Below, one piece after another: positions 52,291-62,530 of a stretch of DNA of 62,530 bases (position 1 is its first letter; each line of letters starts with the position of its first letter). Made by a program: the position numbers and the translations under genes. The notes under the pieces are model-generated. The model saw only the letters and a program-made list of their open reading frames with translations, was not told the origin of the DNA and did no database searches. The stretch comes from Chiloscyllium plagiosum. Its lineage: Eukaryota. The stretch is from contig NC_057720.1 of assembly GCF_004010195.1 (NCBI RefSeq), positions 32,122,590 to 32,185,119 on the forward strand. The letters run 5' to 3'.

Positions 52291-52802
52291 TTATTCACTA
52301 TCCCACCACAACCCCATTGATATGCATTAATGAGATATGTCATTATACCTTGACAAGTCTAATAAGGTTATTAAGCTTTTTCAGACACTGAGTTGTTATG
52401 CACAGAGCATTTGCATTGGTTAATGCACTGGATTCTTCCTTTGACAACTGCTAAGCAAGATTCCTTGGGATGCTGCAAGACTCTGTACCAAAATGATCTT
52501 CTGTAGTAACCCATCCAGCATCAATTGAATAGGCACTTCACTAACTTGTAACTAACTTCACTAATATGTAACTCTCAACCGAATCCAAATTTTGGTATAA
52601 TAAATCTTCCCATTCTATTCCCAATAAATAAGTTTCTATTCACTGACAGTCCAGTTGGGTGGAGCTCATCTTGACTTATTCAAGTAAATTAGCTACAGCA
52701 GGAATTCACACTTTACCTTAGATAGTGATCAAATACAGACCACTTCTGTTACTACTCAGGATTCTTCATGAACAGGTATTACGTGAATCAGACCTATTTT
52801 CT

Positions 52803-52902
52803 GACATTCCTGATGAAAGGCTTATGCCCGAAACATTGATTCTCCTGCTCCTCAAATGCTGCCTAACCTGCTGTGCTTTTCCAGCACCTCGCTCTTTGAC
52901 TA
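52803..52902 (+). mobile_element. Family A element
   Basis: ctgatgaaaggcttatgcccgaaac at 52810-52834, then the family A body. Confidence 0.7.
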
Positions 52903-53069
52903 TTTTCTGCATGGGTACCATTGATGTTTGAGGAATATTGATGAAGAATTTTACTTCTGGAGATTCAACAGACAAAATCCACAATAATTAGATTATATAT
53001 GGTTTGTAGAAGGGAAGGACTGATTAACTTATTTTATTCCTTGTTTCCATACAGTTTAATACAAACATA

Positions 53070-53498
53070 AAAACCAAGAGAACTACAGATGCTGTAAATC
53101 AGAAATAAAAACAGAAATTGCTGGAAAAGCTCAGCAGATCTGGCAGCATCTATAAAAATAAATCAGAGTTAATGTTTTGGGTCCAGTGACACAGCTGGGT
53201 GGCACGGTTCTCAGTGGTTAGCACTGCTGCCTAACACCGCCAGGGATCTGGGTTCTATTCCCACCTTGGATGATTGTCTGTGTGGAGTTAGCACATTCTC
53301 CTTGTGTCTGCATGTGTTTCCTCCCACAATCCAAAGATGTGCAGGTCAGGTAACTTGGCCACGCTAAATTGCCCATTGTGTTAGGTGCATTAATCAGGGA
53401 TAAATATAGGGTAGGGGAATGGGTCTGGGTGGGTCGGTGTGGACTTGCTGGGCCAAGGGCCTGTTTCCATACTGTAGGGAATCTAATCCTTGTTTTTG
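53070..53498. mobile_element. Family B element interrupted by a V-SINE
   Basis: 14-bp TSD ttaatacaaacata (53056-53069/53499-53512). Confidence 0.7.
53197..53489 (+). mobile_element. V-SINE
   Basis: Same head, V-domain and tail as 42241-42545. Confidence 0.85.
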
Positions 53499-53905
53499 TT
53501 AATACAAACATAGCTCATTTTGAAAGAACTATTTTTGTTGAAATGTGATAATATGTGTAAAAGCCTGAACTGGTTGAACATTTCTGCATTTTGCATGAGC
53601 AGAGGACAAACCAAAATTATATTATCTGATCAATTTGTTCAGAGATGTCATCTGGAGCAGTTGAGACTTGAACCTAGACCTCCAGACTCAGAGGTAGAGA
53701 CACTATGACTTCACAGCAAAAGCCATAAAATCAAAATTGTATCATATTCTTTTTGCATTTCTAAAAAGTGTATCAATTCAATAATGTACTGTTTTCACTG
53801 TGTGTAAACCACATGTAGAATCAATTCTCAGACTGAGAGAAGACAGACAGGAATATTTGTATGTGTGAGAATGTGTGCATTTAATCAGCTTAATTTTATT
53901 TTTAG

Positions 53906-53988
53906 ATTGTGCCGACTGCAACTTCTAATTTAACAGAAATTTCTGGGACATCTAAAGAACAAAAAGAACAGGCTAAAAATAAAGAAAG
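53906..53988 (+). CDS. Exon 11 (IVPTATSNLTEISGTSKEQKEQAKNKER), phase 0->2; gene probably continues beyond window
   Basis: Acceptor ttaattttatttttag, donor AAG|gtacag, 83 nt open, no stop codon. Confidence 0.65.
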
Positions 53989-54009
53989 GTACAGTGATGG
54001 TGAATTCTT

Positions 54010-54185
54010 ATAAAAACCAAAAAAACTGCAGATGCTGTAAATCAGAAACAAAAATAGGGATTGCTGGAAAAGCTCAGCAGGTCGGGGTTCTGAGGAAAAG
54101 TCCCTGAACCTGAAACGTTAACTCTGATTTTTCTCCTCAGATGCAGCCAGAACTGCTGAGTTTTTCCAGCAATCTGTATTTTAGT
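54010..54185. mobile_element. Palindromic family B element
   Basis: 12-bp TSD tggtgaattctt (53998-54009/54186-54197). GGTT-CTGAGGA...GAAAC-GTT-AACT at 54086-54123 with damaged stem II. Confidence 0.7.
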
Positions 54186-54959
54186 TGGTGAATTCTTCTG
54201 GTAAGCTTGACTATGTGAATGAAAACTGTCCTCAGCTCAAAGATTTGAATCAACTAGAGTAGAGAATTTTGAGACTAATTTGCTAACACAGCAGGGTTAT
54301 ATTTTTTTATTTAACTTATTTTCCTTATCAACTTGTTCAGCAATGTTATTATGCACCTTTGGAACAGGTGGTGCATGAACCCAGGACTCCCAGGCCAGGA
54401 GTAGGGACATACCAATATGCGACAAGAGGGTCCTCACAACAGGATTATAATATTCTCAGAAATAATAAATTGCAAAATTTATTTTCTGTTTCCTTAGTTG
54501 CCAATTTTCTCCCTGTTATTGCCCTGTCGTCCCTCCTGTCCTTGGCTCTGGCTGCACAATGAGCAACATTTTGCCAAATTGATGACTGTACACATGTAGG
54601 TCTTATTAATGTGACGTGATGTTTTGCTTTTAACCCTTATTTAGAACTAATTTAGAGCAGAAATATTTCCCTGATAACTTCTGTCCATTGGGTTCAAGCT
54701 AATCAGTCAAGTGCTGAGTCTTGAGTCTACACAATTCACATCACCATTCCAACAGGGAAGAAGCTGCCTGAAAATGTTACCTTTCTCAGAATAGCCTGCT
54801 TAAGTTTAATAAGCTTTAGCTACATTATAGAGATTGCAGATATTTCAAGGGTCTGGGATTTCTTTCTCCAGGATATACGGCCCACCCAAGAAGTATATGA
54901 AAGTAGGGGTTCAATTGTTAGAGAAATAAATATAATTCGACAACTTACTGTTACAATTT

Positions 54960-55254
54960 TAGATTAGATCATCTACAGTGAGGAAACAGGTCATTTGGCC
55001 CAACAAGTCTACACTGAGCCTCCGAAGTGTAACTCACCCAGACCCATTCCCTCTGACTAATGCAATTAACACTATAGGCAATTTAGCATGGTCAGTTCAC
55101 CTAACCTGCATATCTTTGGATTGCGGGAGGAAAGCCATGCAGACACAGGGAGAATATGCAAACTCCACCCAGACAGTCACCTGAGACAAGACTCAAATCC
55201 AGGTCCCTGGCACCGTGAGGCAACAGTGCTAACCACTGAGCCAGCATGCTACCC
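54960..55254 (-). mobile_element. V-SINE
   Basis: Reverse complement of a complete element. Confidence 0.85.
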
Positions 55255-55265
55255 CAACAGCCTCA

Positions 55266-55338
55266 AGTCCCGGGTGGGACCTAAAACCACAATCCCTAGC
55301 TTTGGAAGGCAAAGTCTCATGCATTCGGCCACTGGGGC
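55266..55338 (-). pseudogene. tRNA-Arg(CCT)-like pseudogene
   Basis: Minus strand gccccagtggccgaatgcatgagactttgccttccaaagctagggattgtggttttaggtcccacccgggact aligns without gaps over 73 nt to the vertebrate tRNA-Arg(CCT) as I recall it, about three-quarters identical. B-box and anticodon are mutated. Confidence 0.65.
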
Positions 55339-56002
55339 TGCCCAGTGAAATTATCAGACAATAAACTTTAAAAGAATAAGTAAACTGCTATACAAAATCT
55401 ATCAAAAAATGTCATACAAAATATAATAGAATTCAGTTTGATCTTATGTATGACTATTCAAGAATATCTAAAATTAAAATATCCAATAACATTCAATATA
55501 AACTTATATCTTAAAGCTTCAAGTGAGTAAGATATTTTCTCTTAATGGGAGAAAATGTCCTTTCAGAAGGATTGTCCAATGCATCATAATATTTCTGAAA
55601 TTACAGTGAAAGGATTTGTTTTCTATGTTGTTTAGATGCTTCCTGCTTCTCACAGATGAGTGTTAACCCTCGATGTATATTCCTCTTATTTTCATGCGCT
55701 ACCGTATCAATTAATATTATTCCTCCATTATTCGGTGAAGATTCCTTCATGAAGTTTTGAGCTTCCACCTAATTAATTTGTTTCTGATATTTTTGTCTCT
55801 CATGAGATTTATTTCAACTCTGCCATATCTTTTCAATCTTAAAGGAATCTGGTACATATTTATCAATAAAAAGGGATGTTTCATTTCTCTGTCTATGAGT
55901 ATTTTAGGATCTTGATATCTAATTACCTTTGCCATCTCCCATCAGTCAGATGCTTCAGGTATTTCAATCTCTCTCTCTTCTGTAATTAATGTCTTATTTT
56001 CA

Positions 56003-56128
56003 TGAAAAAAATACAAAGAATTGTGTGTGAATGCTGGAAATCCGACTGGATGCAAAACGTTAACTCTGTTTTTCTCTCCATTGATGCTGCCAGACCTGAA
56101 GAGTTTCTCCAGCAATTGCTGCTTTTGT
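56003..56128. mobile_element. Family B fragment
   Basis: aaacgttaactctg...gatgctgccagacctg motif. Confidence 0.55.
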
Positions 56129-57039
56129 ATCTTAATTTTGCATGCCTAGGTGTGATGGTGCCATGTTTCTTTCCAGGCCTTATTTCCAGTGACTAATTAC
56201 TGCTTAAACCTCTTCGTTGTCTGTGTTGAATATTATTCTATTATCTTAGGCATATATGTCATCTCCATGTCCCCCTCTAGGCATATCCAGATTTTCAAGT
56301 GGTTCTTTGTGGGGTTTTCCTGATAGTTGTGATGGAATCTTTAATGATTAATTTCTGGTTTTACATAACTCATTATTTTTAAATGTTTTAAACATCTATA
56401 TATCTAATTATTTATACTTATTTCACAATCAATGTTATATTTCTAACCAGATTTTGTTACAAATGAACCTTTGATTTGCTACATACACTGGCCCCTTGTT
56501 GTGGAGTTGTTAATAGGACAGCTGACATGACAAAGCTAACTGATATTCCATGGTCAGAACTTTTCCCTACTTTGTCTGACAGCATTGTTGCTGTTGGGTG
56601 GTGTCCAGACAGTTGGGCATTTTGTTAACACATGAACATCTTGTTCTAATTTCCTAATAAATGAACATACAAAACATCAAGTTTAAAGAATGTCAACCAT
56701 GATAGTGGCTGATTTGAAGTTCCAGATCAGTAATTTGTATTAATAATATTTAAATTATTCATGATTGTTTTCACTTCATTTCTTTGTAATCCGGTTGGCA
56801 CTTAGCTTCTTGTGAGCCCCTGTAGCAATTCTTTGAGCACATACTGCCCCTTCGCACTATTACCGGCACCAGTTTCTAACGGAATTCATAGTGTTTAAAA
56901 AATTAAGAGGACTTTTAGCTGATCAAACTGCACAAAAGTTTCTCTGTCCTCCTCCACTAGGATCTGCATACTCACATCAGCCCACGCTTTGATAGATTAC
57001 TTCATGTAGATTTTTATATTCCCCAAAGATCAAAATACC

Positions 57040-59780
57040 ATATGAGCATTGCAGCATATGAATTAGAGGCAAAAGTAGACCATTCAGTCCCTTAAGTCTC
57101 TTTTTGCCATTCAGTAGGATCATGGTTCATCTCGTTCTGCTTCACTTCAACATTCCCATCTACTTCCGATAACCTTTAATTCCATTGCCTATTGAAAATT
57201 TATCTACCTCCACCTTATATATAGACAATGACCTCACCGTAACCACTTTTTGTAGCGGAGGGTTTCCAAAGTCTGAAAAACAAAAATATTGTCATCTCTG
57301 TTCTAGAAGGACAACCCAAAGGCATTTCATGAGGTGCATTAGGCTGCTTAATAAGATAGGAGCTCATGATGTTGAAAATAGTATATTGGTATGGATAGAA
57401 GATTGGCTAACCAATACAAAACAGAGATTTAGAATAAGGAGGGAGTTTTCAAGATGGCAACCTGTAACTAGTGGAGTGCTGCAGGGATCAGTGCTGGGAC
57501 CACAATTATTTTCTGTGTTAACAACTTGAGGAAAGTGAATATACTAAAGTCAGATTTGCAGATGACACAAAAATTGATGGGTAGGCAAGTATGACTCAAA
57601 GAGTCTGCTGAAGGATTTAAGTAGATTATTTATGTGGACAAAACTTAACAGTTGGAATATAATATGGGGAAATATGCACTTTGGTTTGAAGAATACAAAA
57701 GCTGAATATTATTTAAATTGGCAAAGACTGCAGGAAGCTACAAAACAGAGTGGTTAGGAAGTCTTCATCCATGAATCATATTGTAGAGATTGCAGATATT
57801 TGAAGGGTCTGGGATTTCTTTCTCTAGGATATACAGCCCACTCAAGGAGTATATGAGAGTAGGGATTCATTTCAAGTGTTATACGGGAAAAATGAAACTA
57901 GACAACTTACTAATGTTACAATTTTATTGATTGAAATTATCAAGCAATAAACTTTAAAGAATAAATAAACTGCTATGCTAAAACCTATCAAAAATGTCAT
58001 ACAAATGTAATGGAATTCAGATTGATCTTATGCATAACCATTCAAGAATATCTAGAACTAAAATATCCAACAATATTTAAACTTACATCTTCAAGTAAGT
58101 TCAGCAGATAATTGGGAAAGCATGTAGAATTTGGTTTTTATTTCAAAAGAATGAAGTATGAAAATAGGGAGGTCTTACCAAAACTATATAAGGCACTAAT
58201 TAGACCACAGCTAGAATACTGTGAATAGTTATGGGTCTCAAGGAATAATACACTAGCATTGGAGGCAACCCAGAGAAGGTTCAATGTGCTGTTACCATTT
58301 ATGGAGCAATTTTTTAGTGAAGAGAGGTTGAGTATGTTAGGCCTGAACTGGTTGCAATTTGGAATAGAGAGCTGCAACCTTATTAAAACATACAAAATTC
58401 TTCGGGGTCTTGGAAAATGGTTGTTTCCCCTTGTGGGAAAGTCATAGAATCATAGAGTCATAGAGATGTACAGCACAAAAACAGATCCTTTGATCCAACT
58501 CGTCCATGCCAACCAGATGTCCTAACCTAATCTCATCCCATTTGTCAGCACTTGGCCCATATCCCTCTATACCCTTCCTATTCATATACCCATCCAGATG
58601 GCTTTTAAATGCTGCAATTGTACCAGCTTCCACCACTTCCTCTGGCAGCTCATTCCAAATATGCACCACTCTCTGTGTGAAAATGTTGCCCCTGAGATCC
58701 CTTTTATATCTTTCCCCTCTCACCCTAAACTTATACCCTCTGGTTCTGAACTCCCACACCCCAGGGAAAAGACTTTGTCTACGATGAAGAGCTTTTTCCC
58801 GAAACGTCCGTCGGATTTTCCTGCTCCTCGGATGCTGCCTGAACTGCTGTGCTTTTCCAGCACCACTCTACTCCAGAGTCTGGTTTCCAGCATCTGCAGT
58901 CATTGTTTTTACCACTTTGTCTATCTATTCTATCCATTCCCCTCATGATTTTATAAGCCTCTGTAACATCACCCCTCAGCCTTTGACGCTCCAGGGAAAA
59001 CAGTCCCAGCCTGTTCAATCTCTCCTTATAGCTCAAATCCTCCAACCCTGGCAATATCTTTGAAAACCTTTTCTGAACCCTTTCAAGTTTAACAACATCC
59101 TTCCGATAGGAAGGAGACCAGAATTGAACATTTAGGACCAGGCAGCATGACCTCAGAATAAGCATTCACCTATTTAAGACAGAGAAGTTTATAAAATAAT
59201 GAGGGGTGTAAATAGGGTTAATGGTAGTTCTTTTTTTTCCTTAGGATCGGGAATTGCAAGGCTGGGGGCACATTTTTAAAGTGAGAGGAGAGAGATTTAA
59301 AAAGACACAAGGGACAAGTTTTTTTACATAGATGGTGGCTCACATGTGAAATGAACGTCCTGAGGAAGTGGTGGATGTGGGTACAATTACAACACTTAAA
59401 ATACATTTGGATAAGTGCATGAATAAAAAAGATTTGGAAGGATATGGGCCAGGAACGGGCAGATGGGACTAGTTTGGTTTGATGTTATGTTTGGCATGGA
59501 CTGGTTGGACCAAAAGATCTGTTTGATTCTATGACTCTATTACTATGAATTATTTTAGAAGGTAGTGAATCTGTGTAATTCTTTACCACAGAGGGCTATT
59601 GAGGCTGGGTTGTTAAGTACATTCAAGACTGAGATAGACAGATTTTTAATCAGTGAGGGTATCAAGAGTTCAAGGGAAAAGGCATGAAAGTAGAGTTGAG
59701 CTTTATGAGATCAGCCATGATTTACTGAACAGACTTAGTGGTCTGAAGGATCTACTTCTGCTCCTATAGTCTTATCCTTC
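57040..59780. mobile_element. Cluster of nested CR1 fragments (minus tail 57040-57310, + copy from 57310, minus copy 58442-59130, + tail 59185-59545)
   Basis: GVLQGSVLGP, VQFWSPSYRKD and FTQRVV motifs in both orientations. Confidence 0.85.
58782..58913 (+). mobile_element. Family A insertion nested in CR1
   Basis: Perfect 10-bp TSD actttgtcta (58772-58781/58914-58923). 5'-truncated inside the hammerhead core (gatgaagagctttttcccgaaacgtc). Confidence 0.75.
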
Positions 59781-61170
59781 TGCATCTCAGAATTCTGCAG
59801 TTGTTCTCCATTTAGATAACATTCTTTCTGCAAAAGTGAACAGAGTAAGAAAAACAATTTTACAATTTCCACATTACATTCTATCTGCCATATTTTTCTC
59901 CACTTGCTAAACCGATCTATGCAGGTCTGCAACCTCCTGTCTACTTGACATTGTACCACCTATCATCGTGTCATTTGCAAATTTAGTTACCATGTTTTCA
60001 CTTCCTTCATCTAAGTTATTGATCCAAATTGGAAAAAGTGGAGGGCCCAGCACAGATCCCTGCGGGTGCCAATCATCACATCTTGGCAATCAGAAAAAAA
60101 ATTGGCATACTCTGTTTTTTGTCAACCAGCCCATCTTCTATTGTGCCAGTATGTTGGCCTGATGCATAAGCTTCTATATTGCAAGATAAACTTTTACCTG
60201 GAACCTTGTCGAATGCCTTTTGGAAATCTAAGTACTGTATGTCAATGGACTCCCATTATCTACAACACGTCATTTTTTCAGGGAATACTAATGAATTGGT
60301 TAGACATGATTACCTTTTTACAAAACCTTCTGGCGTTCCTGATTATATAGAAGTTTTCTAAATGGCCAGCTATACCCTTCTGAATGGTTGATGTTAACAC
60401 CTTATCCATGACAGATGTCAAGCTTGCTGGCCTATAGTTTTCTATTTGTGCCTCCTTCCCTTCCTAAATAGAGGATTTTCTATTTTCTACTTTCTAGTCC
60501 AGAGGGACCTTTCCAGAATCTTGTGAATTTTGGAAAATTAATGTCAATGTATCTACAACAAAATTAGGTATATTTTTTAAAACCCTAGAATGATTTCCAT
60601 TAAACTCAGACATCTGATGGCCTGCAGCACACCTAGTTTGCTCAATATCACTTCCTCATTGACTGTAATTTCCCCAAGCTCTTCCCTTCCTTCCAATTCC
60701 TGAATTAAGGTCTTACTGAGAAATTTTGTATCCTCTGTAATGAAGATAGAAGCAAAATATTTCATCACTTTTTTTTATTACTAAATGTTCACTCCCTATT
60801 CTTATTTTCTAGAGGACCAACACTCCCTCTGTTTATTCTTTGCATTTTTAGATATTTTTAGATATTCTTGCTATCTGTTCCAATATTCTAAATAGCTTTC
60901 TCTCTCACTCTAGTTTTTCCACCTGATTAACCTTTCAGTCACTCTTTGCTGTTCTTTATGTTCTGATCAATGATCTTTGTGCAATTACATTAAATTTTCT
61001 TAAGTTTGATATTTACCTTAACTTCATTCGCTGACCATGAATGCTGCATGCTTTCCTTTGAATTCTTATTTATAGTAGGAATACACTTATTCTGAGTAGT
61101 CTGGAATATCCATTTAAATAACTGCCATTGCTTCTCTGTTGATCTATCTTCTTGTAAATTTCTCCAGTTC
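59775..61170 (-). mobile_element. Degraded CR1 ORF2
   Basis: PQGSVLGP and KFANDT motifs. Confidence 0.8.
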
Positions 61171-61562
61171 TCATACCCATTCTCTCCGCTTTCAAACTGG
61201 ATGTAAAATTTGATGCCACTTTGAGCATAATTTTGGATCCTTCCTTGGAAGAACCTTAATCAAAATAACCATACAATGCTTGATTTTATAGTTCTCATCC
61301 TTGCTTTCAAATCTCTCCATTTTGGTCCATCCAGATCCTTGTAATCTGTTCCAGTCCTACAATCCTCTGAGATATCTCCAAATCTAGTCTCTCAAACATC
61401 CCAAATTTTAATTGCTTCACCACTGGTGTCATCCCTTTAGCTACCTGTATCCCTACTTATATGTTACATTTTCTTTTTTTAATATACTCTTTAAATCTAC
61501 CTGTTTGACCAACCTGTGGCTGTTTGCTCTCATATCTTATTTTGAAGTTCAGTATCATGTTT

Positions 61563-61796
61563 TAGAACATAGAACAGTAGAGTACAAGAACAGGCCATTT
61601 AACTGCTTTGCCTGTATGAATGCCAAGCATGATGCCAAATGAAACTAATCCCTTCTTCCTGCCCTTGGTCCATTGTTCCTCCATTCCTTGCATATTCATG
61701 TGCTTATCTAAAAGTCCCTTAAATGCCCCTATTGTATCTGCCTCCAACACCACCCCGAGCAATGCGTTCCAGACTCCTACCACTCTCTGTGTAAAA
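61563..61796 (-). mobile_element. CR1 tail
   Basis: FTQRVVGVWN. tagaaca repeats. Confidence 0.85.
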
Positions 61797-62530
61797 TAAG
61801 ACCATAAGACCATAAGACCATAAGACATAGGAGTGGAAGTAAGGCCATTCGGCCCATCAAGTCCACTCCGCCATTCAATCATGGCTGATGCGCATTTCAG
61901 CTCCACTTACCAGCGTTCTCCCCGTAGCCCTTAATTCCTCGAGACAACAAGAATCTATCAATCTCGGCCTTGAAGACATTTAGCGTCCCGGCTTCCACTG
62001 CACTCCGTGGCAATGAATTCCACAGGCCCACCACTCTCTGGCTGAAGAAATGTCTCCACATTTCTGTTCTGAAATGACCCCCTCTAATTCTAAGGCTGTG
62101 TACACGGGTCCTAGTCTCCTCGTCTAACAGAAACAATTTCCTAGCATCCACCTTTTCCAAGCCATGTATTATTTTGTACATCTCTATTAAGTCTCCCCTT
62201 AATCTTCTAAACTCCAACGAATACAATCCCAGTATCCTCAGCCGTTCCTCATATGTTAGACCTGTCATTCCAGGGATCATCCGTGTAAATCTCCGCTGGA
62301 CACGTTCCAGTGCCAGTATGTCCTTCCTGAGGTACTGGACACAGTACTCCAAATGGGGCCTAACCAGAGCTTTATAAAGTCTTAGTAGTACATCTCTGCT
62401 TTTATATTCCAACCCTCTTGAGATAAGAGACAACATTGCATTCGCTTTCTTAATCACGGACTCAACCTGCATGTTTACCTTTAGAGAATCCTCGACTAGC
62501 ACTCCCAGATCCCTCTGTACTTTGGCTTTA
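61797..62530 (-). mobile_element. Young CR1 3' end, runs off the window
   Basis: 201-aa uninterrupted ORF 61897..62502. Perfect (ccataaga)n tail. Confidence 0.95.

Larger units (their letters stand above)
54826..56461. repeat. Unclassified, possibly LTR-like repeat; its first ~310 bp recur at 57783-58100
   Basis: Both copies begin tagagattgcagatattt. The long copy may end at tgttaca. Confidence 0.5.

Noticed and set aside
4450..53988. Gene symbol for the spliced protein (compared from memory with FANCC, MEI4, PARPBP, TOPAZ1, RSRC1)
   Set aside because: No convincing similarity, so left unnamed pending a database search.
624..55348. Recurrent ORFs such as MAQWLALLPHSARD and MCKLHTDS
   Set aside because: They are translations of V-SINE copies, not genes.
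55636..55670. Possible terminal exon after exon 11
   Set aside because: It lies inside an unclassified repeat and is supported only by an acceptor-like AG.
5535..56128. Palindromic family A/B elements as DNA-transposon MITEs
   Set aside because: Variable 8-14 bp TSDs, asymmetric truncation and hammerhead cores fit PLE-type retrotransposition better.

Overview
This is AT-rich eukaryotic DNA, almost certainly from a cartilaginous fish (shark-type V-SINE/HE1, Deu-type SINE and CR1 repertoire), with one 86-N assembly gap. Nothing prokaryotic is present. Most of the ORF track is noise from repeats. Two things stand out. (1) A multi-exon protein-coding gene on the + strand that the ORF track misses: 11 short AG/GT-bounded exons from 4450 to 53988 whose phases chain into one open frame of about 340 codons from an ATG at the end of the first exon. 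The frame is still open at the last exon found, so the gene probably continues past the window. I do not recognise the protein. (2) The introns carry many short Penelope-like (PLE) retro-insertions of at least four families. These have inverted-repeat structure, 8-14 bp target-site duplications (TSDs) and minimal type-I hammerhead ribozyme motifs, three of them with an intact catalytic core, plus a GIY-YIG endonuclease relic with its own decayed hammerhead. The rest is nested CR1, L2 and Tx1 LINEs, several SINE families, Gypsy relics, a solo LTR, a tRNA-Arg-like pseudogene and some repeat-free blocks that may be conserved enhancers. All family assignments come from recalled consensus patterns, not database searches. 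Repeat boundaries are approximate unless a TSD is given.
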